64,000 nucleotides of DNA from an uncultured Methanosarcinales archaeon (GCA_964587045.1 CAZPJY010000004.1:699-64698), one strand, 5' to 3'; shown: positions 9,545 to 19,043, counted from the first letter of the stretch. Translations and numbers: made by a program. The notes: generated by a model from the letters alone, not told the origin.

Positions 9545-10273
9545 TTGTGTTACTATTGTGGAGGTAAGGAACAAAATCGCAAAAAAGAGGAACAAACAAT
9601 GAAAACTAAATTACTTGAAGAAGACACATATATTGTGATTGAAAAATTTATCGAATCCATTAAACCTAAATTCAGTCCATCAAGTCATTTTTTAGGGCCT
9701 TATCATGCCATCTATTTGGTGGATGAGAAGCAGGCAAGAGCAATTCGACAGACCTATAACTATAATAATCACCGAAATGAAGCGATACAAGTCAAGTGTA
9801 TCTTGAAAGATAAAGCCCGGTTGGTTTTAGAGCATGAAAAAAAATGTATAGAAACTTATCTTCAAGAATCGCCCTACAAAGATCCAATTCTCATTCCTTC
9901 AATGAAAGCAAAAGTGCCCAGAGAAAGAAAGAAGGGAATGTGGGAGATGTGGGCCAAGCTTTTGTTATTTGCACACAGAAATTATGAAATAAAATTACTT
10001 AACTTAATGACCACATCGGAAAAAAATAAGCATATTGAATTACGAAAGCAAATATTTGCGGAAAATGAATGGGGGTTGCTAAGAAACTTTCTTAAAAAAT
10101 ATTCCTCACATGAAAAAATGCCTCCCGGTACATATTTTTTTAACCAGAGATCATTTTATGGTGAAAGCCTGGATGAGTTCATAATTAATACAGGAATCCC
10201 GAAGCGGCTACTACTTGAGGACAAGAATAACTTTAATATCATTTACGACGCAATCCTAATCGACCAACGCTAA
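9545..10273 (+). CDS. Hypothetical protein, compositionally foreign (very AT-rich, about one third GC)
   Basis: Long ORF with Lys/Asn/Ile-rich codon usage unlike its neighbours. The likely true start is the ATG at 9599, preceded by aagagga. Confidence 0.4.
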   Translation: MCYYCGGKEQNRKKEEQTMKTKLLEEDTYIVIEKFIESIKPKFSPSSHFLGPYHAIYLVDEKQARAIRQTYNYNNHRNEAIQVKCILKDKARLVLEHEKKCIETYLQESPYKDPILIPSMKAKVPRERKKGMWEMWAKLLLFAHRNYEIKLLNLMTTSEKNKHIELRKQIFAENEWGLLRNFLKKYSSHEKMPPGTYFFNQRSFYGESLDEFIINTGIPKRLLLEDKNNFNIIYDAILIDQR

Positions 10274-10294
10274 AACAACCTGTTCCAATAAAAA

Positions 10295-10355
10295 AACTCC
10301 ACTGCGAGAAGCGGCTTCTAGAGTAGGGATTTTGGCTAAATTTTAAGATAAAGCG
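10295..10355 (+). repeat. Direct repeat copy 2 (about 60 bp)
   Basis: aaactccactgcgagaagcggcttctagagtagggattttggctaaattttaagataaagcg. It carries an out-of-context copy of the PAS gene C-terminal codons (…CEKRLLE*). Confidence 0.85.
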
Positions 10356-10395
10356 AAAAGTATTTATAGTAAAGCATACTTTACGTAAAGTTAAC

Positions 10396-10593
10396 TTGAC
10401 ATTGAAGAAGAACAGGCTGAAGGAGTACCGCCAGAGGATGGGATTCTCCCAGGAGAAGCTTGCCAAGTTAGCGGAGGTATCAAGGCAGACCATAATCTCG
10501 ATTGAGAGCGGGAAGTACACCCCTTCCCTGCCTCTGGCGCTCAAGTTCGCCAAGATCTTCAAATGCAGGGTCGAAGATTTGTTCGGAGTGTGA
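10396..10593 (+). CDS. XRE-family (Cro/C1-type) HTH transcriptional regulator
   Basis: NRLKEYRQRMGFSQEKLAKLAEVSRQTIISIESGKYTPSLPLALKFAKIF is a canonical HTH_XRE. TTG start, with an alternative TTG at 10402. A TATA-like tatttatag lies about 27 nt upstream. Confidence 0.7.
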   Translation: MTLKKNRLKEYRQRMGFSQEKLAKLAEVSRQTIISIESGKYTPSLPLALKFAKIFKCRVEDLFGV

Positions 10594-11009
10594 TGAAAAT
10601 GATCGGAAAACCTGAATGGTTCACCTACCGCATAGCAGGATGGGGGCTCAGGCCCAAGACCAAGGAAGGATGGGCTTACATTGCGGTCGCAATCCTGCTC
10701 TTCTGGGGAGCAAGCATGATGCCAGTTCCGCTGAAGTGGTACGGCATCGGGATACTGGCAGCCATTTTGATAATGGACGCAATCCACATAATGCTCAACA
10801 TGGGCAGGAAACACGACGAGAGGGAGAGGTACCACCAGCTCCTGATCGAGCGAGCGGCATCCTTCGCAGGAGTTGTCGCTGTAGTCGCCGTGGCGCTTTA
10901 TCAGATGTTCCTGATCGGGGAACAGCCAGATACGAGCCTCATCATAATACTGGTTGCCATGGCCTTGACGAAGTTCACCGCATGGGCGTATGTCAAGCTG
11001 AAGATGTAA
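10593..11009 (+). CDS. Small membrane protein (3-4 TM) paired with the XRE regulator
   Basis: Hydrophobic helices. The ATG overlaps the XRE stop (TGATG), a common XRE plus membrane-protein two-gene module. Confidence 0.45.
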   Translation: MKMIGKPEWFTYRIAGWGLRPKTKEGWAYIAVAILLFWGASMMPVPLKWYGIGILAAILIMDAIHIMLNMGRKHDERERYHQLLIERAASFAGVVAVVAVALYQMFLIGEQPDTSLIIILVAMALTKFTAWAYVKLKM

Positions 11010-11041
11010 CTTTTTTATACTTCTTTCCCATCACCATCCCC

Positions 11042-12397
11042 ATGGACATCAAGGTGGGACTCGAAATCCACGGGTACCTCAGGACAGAACAGAAGCTCTT
11101 CTGCACCTGTGAGATAGACAGGACCGCGGAGCCAAACACCACGATCTGCCCTGTCTGCACCTCCCAGCCAGGGGCACGGCCGATGCTCCCAAACAAGGAG
11201 GCTGTTGACACCATAATCGCAATAGCCCTCATGCTGGGCTGCAGGCTCAACAAGACCCTGATGTTCCAGCGCAAGCACTACTCCTGGCCTGACCTACCTT
11301 CAGGCTACCAGCGCACCATGTCAGGCTCCTACTCACTGCCCGTTGGGACGGACGGAGAGTTCCTCGGCATCGGGATTGAGGAGGTCCATCTCGAGGAGGA
11401 CCCAGCGGCTTGGGACCCAAACACAGGGCTCGTAGACTACAACAGGAGCGGCTACCCGCTGGTCGAGATAGTAACCAAGCCCGACTTCTCCTCGCCAGAC
11501 CAGCTGAGGGAATGGCTGAAGAGGCTCATCACGACCCTATCATACGTCAAGGCCCTGGATAAGGATGCCGGCATCAAGAGCGACGTCAACGTCTCGATAG
11601 CACCTGATTTCAGGAGGGTCGAGATTAAGAACGTCAACTCGTTCAGGTCCATTGTACGGGCAGTCGAGTACGAGGCCCACCGGCAGAAGAGCGAGAAAGT
11701 GAAGAAGCAGCACACCCGTGCCTGGGACGACAAGGTCGGCGCCACCGTGTTCATGCGCGACAAGGAGACCGCTGAGGATTACATGTTCATCCCCGAGCCC
11801 GATCTCCCTGTAATCCATGTCGATGACAGGTGGAGGAAGACAATAGAGTCCAGCCTTCCTGAGCCGCCCTCGGCAAAGAGGAAGAGATACCTGAAGTTGG
11901 GCCTTGACGAGATCCATGCCGAGTCGATCTCCTCAGACCTGGCCCTGGCCGACATCTTCGAGACCGCCGCAGAGGAGGTGGACCCTGTGCTTGCGGCGAA
12001 GTGGGTCAAAAGGGAGGTCGTGAGGGTCGCTAACTACAACAAGATCGACAGCGAAGACCTCAATCTGGACAGGGCACAGTTCACCAAGCTGCTTAGTATG
12101 GTGGAGGCCAAACGCATCACGGAGAAGGTCGCAAAAGAGTTCCTGGAAAGGCTCGTGAAAAAGTCGTTTGACGTAGAAAAAGAAGTTAAGAAGCTGGGCC
12201 TAGAATCGGTGCGGGATGCTGCGCAGATCGAAAGGTGGTGCGAGGAGTCCATCCGGGAGAACCCGAAAGTCGTCGATGATGTCAAGTCAGGCAAGGAGAA
12301 CGCCGTCAACTTCCTGGTAGGACGGGTGATGCGGAAGAGCAGGGGGACGGCGTCGCCTGAAGAAGTGAAAAAGATTATCAAAGAGATTATTTCATAA
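11042..12397 (+). CDS. gatB: Asp-tRNA(Asn)/Glu-tRNA(Gln) amidotransferase subunit B
   Basis: N-terminus MDIKVGLEIHGYLRTEQKLFCTCE is a GatB hallmark. C-terminal YqeY-like tail NFLVGRVMRKSRGTASPEEVKKIIKEII. 451 aa. The listed 593-aa ORF has a spurious N-terminal extension. Confidence 0.85.
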   Translation: MDIKVGLEIHGYLRTEQKLFCTCEIDRTAEPNTTICPVCTSQPGARPMLPNKEAVDTIIAIALMLGCRLNKTLMFQRKHYSWPDLPSGYQRTMSGSYSLPVGTDGEFLGIGIEEVHLEEDPAAWDPNTGLVDYNRSGYPLVEIVTKPDFSSPDQLREWLKRLITTLSYVKALDKDAGIKSDVNVSIAPDFRRVEIKNVNSFRSIVRAVEYEAHRQKSEKVKKQHTRAWDDKVGATVFMRDKETAEDYMFIPEPDLPVIHVDDRWRKTIESSLPEPPSAKRKRYLKLGLDEIHAESISSDLALADIFETAAEEVDPVLAAKWVKREVVRVANYNKIDSEDLNLDRAQFTKLLSMVEAKRITEKVAKEFLERLVKKSFDVEKEVKKLGLESVRDAAQIERWCEESIRENPKVVDDVKSGKENAVNFLVGRVMRKSRGTASPEEVKKIIKEIIS

Positions 12398-12403
12398 AAC
12401 CTA

Positions 12404-13609
12404 TCATTTCTCAACATTCAGTATTTTGAATGCCTCTGTCATCAGGCGCCTCTCAAAAGTCTCCCTGGTCTCACCCTCAGCCTTGTCGCTGTCGAGAGAG
12501 GCGAGGAGCGAACGCGTGGCCTGCTCCTCCTCGATACCTGGAAGCTCCTTTTGCCCGAGGTGCTCCCTAATGAGCTTTGCCTCAAGCTGCTCGACCGACT
12601 GCTCGCTCACAGATATCTCCTCAAACTCGGGAGATGTGAGCGCGGTAGTGTTCCTGGCGACGAAATAAGCTCCCCGCTCGTACGCGCGGTCGAAAATGGA
12701 TTTGAGCTTGAGGTCTGCCGTACTCCCCCCAGCCAGCCTTCCTGCGAGCCGGATAAGCACTATCGCACCGCTGACCTCCTTCCCTTCAAGCAGGGAAGAA
12801 AGCTTCCTGTCCACCTCTTCAGGTGTCATGTTTTCGCACCCCATGCTAACCGCGACCACGGGATGGAGCACAATCCTCACCGTTTCGACCTTCCCTTCCT
12901 CGTACATGTTGAAGCTGCCGCACTTGAGCTTCTCCATCTCAGCGAAGTTGTTAGGGAAAACCGGTCCTGGGTAGGCGATCGTCCCGTAGCCGGGCTCGTC
13001 TGTCTTGAACACGTAGTGCACGTGGCCTCCAGCGTAGTAGTCGAAGCCCTTGGGCAGCAGGGAGAGCGGCGCAGAGTCCATCCCCTCAAGCTCAGCAGGC
13101 TTGAACTCAGTGAGCGCGGTGTGGAACATGAAGATCTTGAAGCCCTCCTCAGACTCGAGGCTGCTCCGGTCGAGCTTCTCGTAATAGCCCCTCTCGAGCG
13201 TCCCTTTCTTGCCTATCATACCTGTGATTTTCGCTCCGCTCGGGTCCGAGGTAAACCTCAGTCTGAGCACTCCGTCTTCAACCTCGCCGCGGACCACGTT
13301 CCTTACCAGGCCAGCCTCCTCAAGCACGTCAATCATGGTCTTGCCCGTCGGCGAGAAGTCGTGGCTCCCTGCGATGATGTAGACCGGAATGCCATTCTTG
13401 GCCAGCCCTTTCAGCACCCTCACAACTGCCTTGAGCCTGTCGATCGCCGGAAGGGACGTGTTGAAGAGGTCCCCGGAGATGAGGATGAACTGAGCCTTTC
13501 GCTCCAGGGCGATCCTGACGGCTTCCTTGAAGGACCTGAGCCCCAGCTCGTTCATACGCGGGTCGCGCCAGCCACCGATGTGGCAGTCAGCCATGTGCGC
13601 AAACCTCAC
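12404..13609 (-). CDS. mre11: Mre11 DNA double-strand-break repair nuclease (calcineurin-like phosphoesterase)
   Basis: Phosphoesterase motifs [10 protein letters not shown] (I), SGDLFN (II), GSHD (III), and H plus GGHVHY (V), in Mre11-type spacing. The start overlaps the herA stop. Confidence 0.8.
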   Translation of the reverse strand: MRFAHMADCHIGGWRDPRMNELGLRSFKEAVRIALERKAQFILISGDLFNTSLPAIDRLKAVVRVLKGLAKNGIPVYIIAGSHDFSPTGKTMIDVLEEAGLVRNVVRGEVEDGVLRLRFTSDPSGAKITGMIGKKGTLERGYYEKLDRSSLESEEGFKIFMFHTALTEFKPAELEGMDSAPLSLLPKGFDYYAGGHVHYVFKTDEPGYGTIAYPGPVFPNNFAEMEKLKCGSFNMYEEGKVETVRIVLHPVVAVSMGCENMTPEEVDRKLSSLLEGKEVSGAIVLIRLAGRLAGGSTADLKLKSIFDRAYERGAYFVARNTTALTSPEFEEISVSEQSVEQLEAKLIREHLGQKELPGIEEEQATRSLLASLDSDKAEGETRETFERRLMTEAFKILNVEK

Positions 13610-15231
13610 TTCTTCACACCCTCAAAGCTCATCGTGTCACGCTGGTAGTCCTCTTTCGTGTACTCCTTGGCCTTCTTGGCGACGCTCTTATTCTGCGTCT
13701 CGATCACCAGGTCCTCGAAGAGCGGAACCTTGATGGGCATCGCGAACTTGGCGAAGTTGGACGACACCAAAGCCTCCCCTATGTCCAGCGCGGCGATCGT
13801 CCTGGAATCGTCTGAGAGGTCCTGCGGGGATGATTCGATGACTGCCTGGCGCTCAGCCGCCATCTCCAGGCCCAGGATGATCTTGGTGTTCATGTTCGCG
13901 AGGATTGCTTTTGGTATGAGGCTGGGGAGCTGGGTAATCGCAACCAGGCCGACCTTGAACTTCCTGCCCTCACGCGCGATGGCGGCGAAGATGTTGCTCC
14001 CCCTCTCCAAGACCTCCTTGCCAAGCACCCTCGGAGCCTCCTCGAGCACCACCGATATGACCGGTTTGTCTCCCAGCAGCCCTCCCATCTTGTAGCGCCT
14101 GTACCTCCTCATCACCTCGTTGCATATTATCGACCCTATCAGGATCTCGACCGCGCCTGAGAAGCTTGAGGTGTCGACCACCACGACCTTGCAGTCCTCG
14201 AGGTCCGAGACTATGTCTGGGACGGTGCTCCCTCCGGCCTTAAGGTCGAAGACGCCATGCGCCGTGAGGCGGTTGTTGGCAAACGTCAGGTCCAGCAGGT
14301 GGAGCATCCTCCTTCGCACAACGGCGAGGGTGCCTTCGAAGAAGTCGACCTTGAGTGGCTTCTGCAGGACCAGCGCCTCGATCCACGCGTTGCCGTGCTC
14401 TGTGTAGTAAGCGTTGATGGCCTGCTGCTGTGCGTCAGACCAGTCGACCACGCCCTCGAAGTGGTGCGGCCTCAGGGTGGACAGGTTGATCTTGAGCGAT
14501 CGCGCCCCTGACGGCGGCTCGTTGGGCGTGCAGTACACGACACCGCCGGAGGGGTGGTCCTTGAACCCCTTGCCGTTCCGCCCGTAGTACTCGTCATGCG
14601 GATCCAAGACGAGGATCCCTGCGTATCCCCTGCCTATCATGCCCCACACCATCGACTTGGTGAGGTTGCTCTTGCCCCTCCCTGTCGTGGCGGGTATCAG
14701 CACGTGATGTGTGAGGACGGCGACGCCGGGCAGCGCGATGTCCACATCGATGGCCTTGGAGCCGCTCCTGAGCTTGCCCAGCCTCAACGGGTCCGAAGGC
14801 TCGGTCAGGAACGCCAGGTCCTCCTTTTCGATGGCCCTGACCTTTGAGAAGAATGGGGGAAGCGACTTGGTGATGGACACGGTCTGGCCCAGGGTGATCA
14901 GGGGCTTTGCGTAGGCGACAGTGTAGTTCCTCAGCTCGGCATCCATGAAATCGAGGTTTCCCTGCTGCTCCAGCTCCATGCCCGAGATCAGCTCCAGGCT
15001 CTGGGATGAGAGCTGGCTGCCGTACCTAACATCGAACACCTGCAGGATTACCCTGCCGCTGTCAGAATCATTGACCAGCAGCTCACCTATCTCGATTCTC
15101 TCGCCATCCTTCTGCCTGATGGATATCTTGCCCAGCTCCCCGCTGATAATCTGCCCCTTCAACGCTCCATCCTCCTTATCTGGCTGATCTCGTCGCGGGA
15201 GATCGAGCAGCCGTTGAGCTTGACGCCCCAC
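13606..15231 (-). CDS. herA: HerA helicase (FtsK/HerA-superfamily ATPase)
   Basis: Walker [32 protein letters not shown] and [15 protein letters not shown] all match HerA signatures, with an N-terminal HAS-barrel-like region. The N-terminal about 24 codons overlap the upstream ORF, so the true start may be internal. Confidence 0.8.
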   Translation of the reverse strand: MGRQAQRLLDLPRRDQPDKEDGALKGQIISGELGKISIRQKDGERIEIGELLVNDSDSGRVILQVFDVRYGSQLSSQSLELISGMELEQQGNLDFMDAELRNYTVAYAKPLITLGQTVSITKSLPPFFSKVRAIEKEDLAFLTEPSDPLRLGKLRSGSKAIDVDIALPGVAVLTHHVLIPATTGRGKSNLTKSMVWGMIGRGYAGILVLDPHDEYYGRNGKGFKDHPSGGVVYCTPNEPPSGARSLKINLSTLRPHHFEGVVDWSDAQQQAINAYYTEHGNAWIEALVLQKPLKVDFFEGTLAVVRRRMLHLLDLTFANNRLTAHGVFDLKAGGSTVPDIVSDLEDCKVVVVDTSSFSGAVEILIGSIICNEVMRRYRRYKMGGLLGDKPVISVVLEEAPRVLGKEVLERGSNIFAAIAREGRKFKVGLVAITQLPSLIPKAILANMNTKIILGLEMAAERQAVIESSPQDLSDDSRTIAALDIGEALVSSNFAKFAMPIKVPLFEDLVIETQNKSVAKKAKEYTKEDYQRDTMSFEGVKK

Positions 15232-15908
15232 AGCACGCTCTCGAGAAGCACGTTCTGCAGGTCAGGGATGATTTTCTCCTCCTTTGCCATGACATACCTG
15301 TTCAGCAGTCCAAGCTCGTACGCTACAGTCACCAGCTCAGCGCTCCTGATGACCCTGATACCCTTTGTGAGCCGTCTGAACCTCTTGAGGGATTCTTGGT
15401 CGATCCTCACGTCGCATTTCAGCTTCCTGCTCATCCAGTGCGCGAGCTCGTCAGGGTCCTCCAGCAGTTCCCGGGCCGTACGCTCGTCGATCACAACAGC
15501 CTTGGCCTTGAGGAAGACAGCTGTTGCGATTACCTCCATCTCGGCCGGGTGGACCAAGGTCAGGTAGCGGTCCCTGGCCTTGAGGAGGTGATTGCCAAGG
15601 GTCAGTATCTCATCAAGGATTGGCTTGACCTTTTCTGCGTTGTAGACCTTGAGCGATCCATCAAGGATGTACGGTATCATCTGGAGGGCCTCGAACTTGT
15701 ACTTCTTGGTGGTCAGAGGCCTGTCGATCAGCTCTGCCCTGACCCGGGGAGTGATCAGGAACTGCCCGGGGAAGTATTTGTTGAGCGGGTTGATCAGCCA
15801 GGTGAGGTTGTTCATCGTGAGGCTGATTAGGGGGCCGGTGTCAAAGACAATGGTCTCGCCCTGGACGTCGTGGACGGTTATGTTCTCCCATTCAGGCCGC
15901 ACGGTCAC
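15159..15908 (-). CDS. PIN-like domain protein (COG2405-like predicted nuclease); a NurA substitute cannot be excluded
   Basis: [11 protein letters not shown]...ITPRVRAEL...[30 protein letters not shown] resembles PIN-domain acidic-residue strands. It sits immediately upstream of herA and overlaps it. Confidence 0.35.
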   Translation of the reverse strand: MTVRPEWENITVHDVQGETIVFDTGPLISLTMNNLTWLINPLNKYFPGQFLITPRVRAELIDRPLTTKKYKFEALQMIPYILDGSLKVYNAEKVKPILDEILTLGNHLLKARDRYLTLVHPAEMEVIATAVFLKAKAVVIDERTARELLEDPDELAHWMSRKLKCDVRIDQESLKRFRRLTKGIRVIRSAELVTVAYELGLLNRYVMAKEEKIIPDLQNVLLESVLWGVKLNGCSISRDEISQIRRMER

Positions 15909-16467
15909 CCCTCCTGAAAAGCTTGCGGGCGAACGCGACCCTTGCAGGGGTGTGCTTCCCTGACTCAGTCGAGTCTGCTATGCTGGTCTTGCCGACATAG
16001 TTCATGAGCTCCCACTGGGTGACGCCCATCAGCTCAGCAGTCTGGCCCATGGATAGGCCGTGCTCGTACAGCCTGCTGCCCTTCTTGATCTGCGCCTCCT
16101 CAAGGACGTGCATGACGTAAGGCCGGAGCTTCTTGTCCCTGTCGGCTATGTGGTCGAGCACCTTCTTCATCGCAGCCCTGTAGCCTGCCACATCCTTGGC
16201 CCCGAGGTGGCTCTTGGCCGACCTGAGCTCTGAGAGGAAGGCATCCCTGTCCTTGCCCCGCGTCCTGGTGAAGGATTTTGACAGGGCGTAAACCACCACT
16301 GCGAACTTCAGCGAGTCTGCGTCCTGGAAGATGGAAGCGTTGTGGATGGTGTGGTCTGAAAGCTCCGCCAGCCTGAGCACATCCTCGTCCTCTACCGCTT
16401 TTAGGACCTCAGAAACCAGGTAATTCAGGTCATCCTCAACCATCCTATGCGAAAACTCTTCAGCCAC
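15892..16467 (-). CDS. Hypothetical protein with a C-terminal HTH-like segment
   Basis: GLSMGQTAELMGVTQWELMNYV resembles a sigma-70 region 4 / LuxR-type HTH. Overlaps the PIN-like gene start by 17 nt. Confidence 0.3.
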   Translation of the reverse strand: MAEEFSHRMVEDDLNYLVSEVLKAVEDEDVLRLAELSDHTIHNASIFQDADSLKFAVVVYALSKSFTRTRGKDRDAFLSELRSAKSHLGAKDVAGYRAAMKKVLDHIADRDKKLRPYVMHVLEEAQIKKGSRLYEHGLSMGQTAELMGVTQWELMNYVGKTSIADSTESGKHTPARVAFARKLFRRGDRAA

Positions 16468-16552
16468 GAAAACACCCCGTCTGGCTGTCGGCGTCGCGCG
16501 TATTTAAACCTTCCGCAAAAGCTTAATAAATAGTGAGGATACCGGAAGGGGC
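16468..16552. promoter_or_regulatory. Divergent promoter region with BRE/TATA-like elements (cgcgtatttaaacc and ttaataaata)
   Basis: An 85-bp intergenic region between the divergently transcribed herA-cluster operon and the MCM-like gene, with two TATA-like boxes in opposite orientations. Confidence 0.4.
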
Positions 16553-17743
16553 ATGGCAGAGAGGAGATTCTCAGACTTGCTTAGGCTGTTGAGGAGCCTG
16601 TCTAAGAAGGAGCAGGTCCTAATCGCAGCTGTCAGCCAGCACCTCGAGCCTCCTGACCTCTCAAGGGTCAGAAAGCTCCTCAAACAACGCAAGGTGAAGC
16701 TGTTCTACGAGACCCTCGGCATCTCTGACAAGTTTTTCAGCACGCAGGAATATCCCCAGCTGGACCCCCAGGAAGGGCTGGACGATGAGATGAAGAAGTG
16801 GGTGCGTCTCATCAACAAGAAAATCCGCGCCGATGTCGAGGAGAAGGCGTTCGCCGCCTTTGCAAAGATAGCCAAGGAGACCATCCCGCTGTTCATAGCC
16901 CCTGACATCGTCGGCCTCGACACCATCAAGCAGGCAGCAGCCTTGCAGCTGTTCTCAACAGAGAGGTTCCACATCCTCCTGCTCGGGGACCCTGGCACAG
17001 GGAAGACCGACATCATCAGATCGGCAGCTCAGCTCGCGCCTATAAGCGCTTTCGGGCTGGGCTCAGGCGCCACCAAGGCAGGCCTGTCCATGACCTACAA
17101 GGGAGGCAAGGCTGAGCCTGGCCTGCTACCCTTGGCAGACCAGGGGCTGTGCGCCATAGACGAGCTCAACCTGATGAAGGAGGCTGACCGCGCCGCGCTC
17201 TACAACGCGATGGAGAAGGGTTTCGTCTCCTACCACAAGGCCGGCAAGAACGACACGATGGACGCCCGCATCAGCGTGCTGGCGACAGGGAACCCGAAAG
17301 GCGACAGGTTCGTCGGCAGGGTGGTTGATGTCCTCAGGAGCCAGCTGCCCTTCGATTCCGCGCTGCTGACCAGGTTCCACCTGGTATTCCTCGTGCGCAA
17401 GCCAGACATCAAGAGGTTCCTCGAGATCACGAAGCGGATCGTCACGTCCGACATCCCGAAGAGGCCGAACGACTCCGCATTCGTCAAGAACTACATCTCC
17501 TACGCAAGAGACCTCAATGTGGAGTTCCCCAGCTCGTTCGAAAAGCAGGTGGTGGCATTCGCCAGGTCTCTTAAGGAGCGGGAAAAACAGTTCATAGTCG
17601 AGATATCCCCCAGGATTGTCGTCGGCATCATCAAGCTCGCCAAGGCCTCAGCCAGGATGGAGCTGCGAGACAAGGTCACGATACAGGACCTCAACAGCGT
17701 ATTCAGGATTGTCGAGGAGAGCCTGGTCGTCAAGAAAGATTAA
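16553..17743 (+). CDS. MCM-family AAA+ ATPase lacking the canonical MCM N-terminal OB/Zn domain (mini-MCM)
   Basis: Walker A ILLLGDPGTGKTD; Walker B CAIDELNLM. ADRAALYNAMEKGFVSYHKAGKNDTMDARISVLATGNP aligns with the MCM [21 protein letters not shown]...ARTSILAAANP block. Arg-finger region LLTRFHLVFLV. Only 396 aa. Confidence 0.7.
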   Translation: MAERRFSDLLRLLRSLSKKEQVLIAAVSQHLEPPDLSRVRKLLKQRKVKLFYETLGISDKFFSTQEYPQLDPQEGLDDEMKKWVRLINKKIRADVEEKAFAAFAKIAKETIPLFIAPDIVGLDTIKQAAALQLFSTERFHILLLGDPGTGKTDIIRSAAQLAPISAFGLGSGATKAGLSMTYKGGKAEPGLLPLADQGLCAIDELNLMKEADRAALYNAMEKGFVSYHKAGKNDTMDARISVLATGNPKGDRFVGRVVDVLRSQLPFDSALLTRFHLVFLVRKPDIKRFLEITKRIVTSDIPKRPNDSAFVKNYISYARDLNVEFPSSFEKQVVAFARSLKEREKQFIVEISPRIVVGIIKLAKASARMELRDKVTIQDLNSVFRIVEESLVVKKD

Positions 17744-17771
17744 TAAATAGTACTTTTATTCTGTGAGCCTT

Positions 17772-18095
17772 ATGCATGAGCTGACCATATCCCAAGGCAT
17801 AGTCAACGAGGCTAAGAAGCACGGCAACGTCGTATCACTAACAATAGAAGTGGGAGAGCTTGCCGACATCACTGCTGATGAGATCAGATCCTCACTGAGC
17901 AGGCTGGTGGATTGGGACGTTCAAATCAAGAAAAATCCGGGGAAAGTCGCCTGCTCATGCGGGTACACAGGAAAGCCGAAAATCGTGGAGCGCGGCCACG
18001 GCTACGTGATTTTCGAGTGCCCGAAATGCGGCAAGACCCCTGCAGTGATAGAGGGCAACCAGATAATCCTAGTGGAGCTGGACGTCAAGGAGTGA
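17772..18095 (+). CDS. hypA: Hydrogenase nickel-insertion protein HypA
   Basis: MHELTISQGIV N-terminus plus a C-terminal CxxC...CPKCG zinc motif (CSCGY...FECPKCG). A TATA-like ttaataaata lies upstream. Confidence 0.75.
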   Translation: MHELTISQGIVNEAKKHGNVVSLTIEVGELADITADEIRSSLSRLVDWDVQIKKNPGKVACSCGYTGKPKIVERGHGYVIFECPKCGKTPAVIEGNQIILVELDVKE

Positions 18096-19043
18096 GTACT
18101 CCTCCGAGCCCATGCCGAGCCTCGCAGCAGCCCGAACGTGTTCTAAGCCACCCTTCTTGTTCGCCTTGAGGAAGACGTCAGTACCCACAAGGTCTGCGGC
18201 AGCCTTGTCGATGGCGACACCATCCTCCCCCGCGAAGTACCCGGCGTCCTCGGCTATGACTTCTCCCGGGTTCCTCTCGCAGTCGCAGAGCTTGGAGATG
18301 TTGACAGCCAATGAGATGTAGTAGTCCTTCTTGAAGGACTTCTGGGCTGCATAAGCGCCTTCGGCCAGTAGGTCGTCGAAGTATGCCACCGCCGGCTTGA
18401 GTACGCCCGCAGAGCATGCCATGCAGCAGTCCGAGCACCCATAGCACGTCCCGATCTCGGGCTTGTCGGTCAGCTTGATTGAGTTGAGTGGGCAGGCCTC
18501 GACGCATGCCCCGCACTGCGTGCACTCGCCAGTGAGGACCGGCCTGCCCCCGGAGTGGATCGCAGACTTGCTCCTCTTGGTGACAGCTCCCATACCGAGG
18601 TTTTTGATCGCGCCTCCGAAACCTGAGCAGGTGTGGCCCTTGAAATGGCTGATGACCAGGACCCCATCCGCATCGGAGAGCTCCTTGCAGACCTCATAGG
18701 ACATGTGCTCGCCTTCCACGAGCTCGAACTCTTCCCCAGTCCTTATCTCGCCTAGTTGGTCCCAGCCCTTGGCACGCGCTGCGTCTGCGTATGTGTCGGA
18801 CTGGTGCCTTGGGCTGTGGTACGAGACCGGCGAGTCATAGAGGAAATAATCGAATCCCATGTCAGAGAGCATTTCGGTGAAGGGCTTGACCTGCTCAGGC
18901 ACGAGCGCTGTGCGGTTGCCGGGCTCGCCGAAGTGCAATTTGACAGCGATTTTGCTGCAGCCTGAGAATCTCTTCTTGATGTCATCCCCCACAGCCCTCA
19001 TGAATGCTGGGGTCATTTGCTCAGAATGCAACACCTTTGCCAT
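18069..19043 (-). CDS. DUF362-family protein with inserted 2x[4Fe-4S] ferredoxin domain
   Basis: CTQCGACVEACP and CYGCSDCCMACS cluster motifs embedded in a DUF362-like scaffold. Confidence 0.6.
   Translation of the reverse strand: MAKVLHSEQMTPAFMRAVGDDIKKRFSGCSKIAVKLHFGEPGNRTALVPEQVKPFTEMLSDMGFDYFLYDSPVSYHSPRHQSDTYADAARAKGWDQLGEIRTGEEFELVEGEHMSYEVCKELSDADGVLVISHFKGHTCSGFGGAIKNLGMGAVTKRSKSAIHSGGRPVLTGECTQCGACVEACPLNSIKLTDKPEIGTCYGCSDCCMACSAGVLKPAVAYFDDLLAEGAYAAQKSFKKDYYISLAVNISKLCDCERNPGEVIAEDAGYFAGEDGVAIDKAAADLVGTDVFLKANKKGGLEHVRAAARLGMGSEEYSLLDVQLH

Noticed and set aside
10239-10835. 198-aa minus-strand ORF spanning the repeat copy and the XRE and membrane genes
   Set aside because: It crosses an intergenic repeat and two well-supported plus-strand genes. 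Its low-complexity product is the antisense translation.
10616-11041. N-terminal 142-codon extension of the listed 593-aa ORF upstream of gatB
   Set aside because: It runs in a different frame through the XRE-associated membrane-protein gene and is Arg/Gly/His-rich with no features. The true GatB start is the ATG at 11042 (MDIKVGLEIH…).
12551-13648. 365-aa plus-strand ORF antisense to mre11
   Set aside because: Arg/Leu/Pro-rich product typical of an antisense frame in GC-rich coding DNA. The opposite strand carries clear Mre11 motifs.
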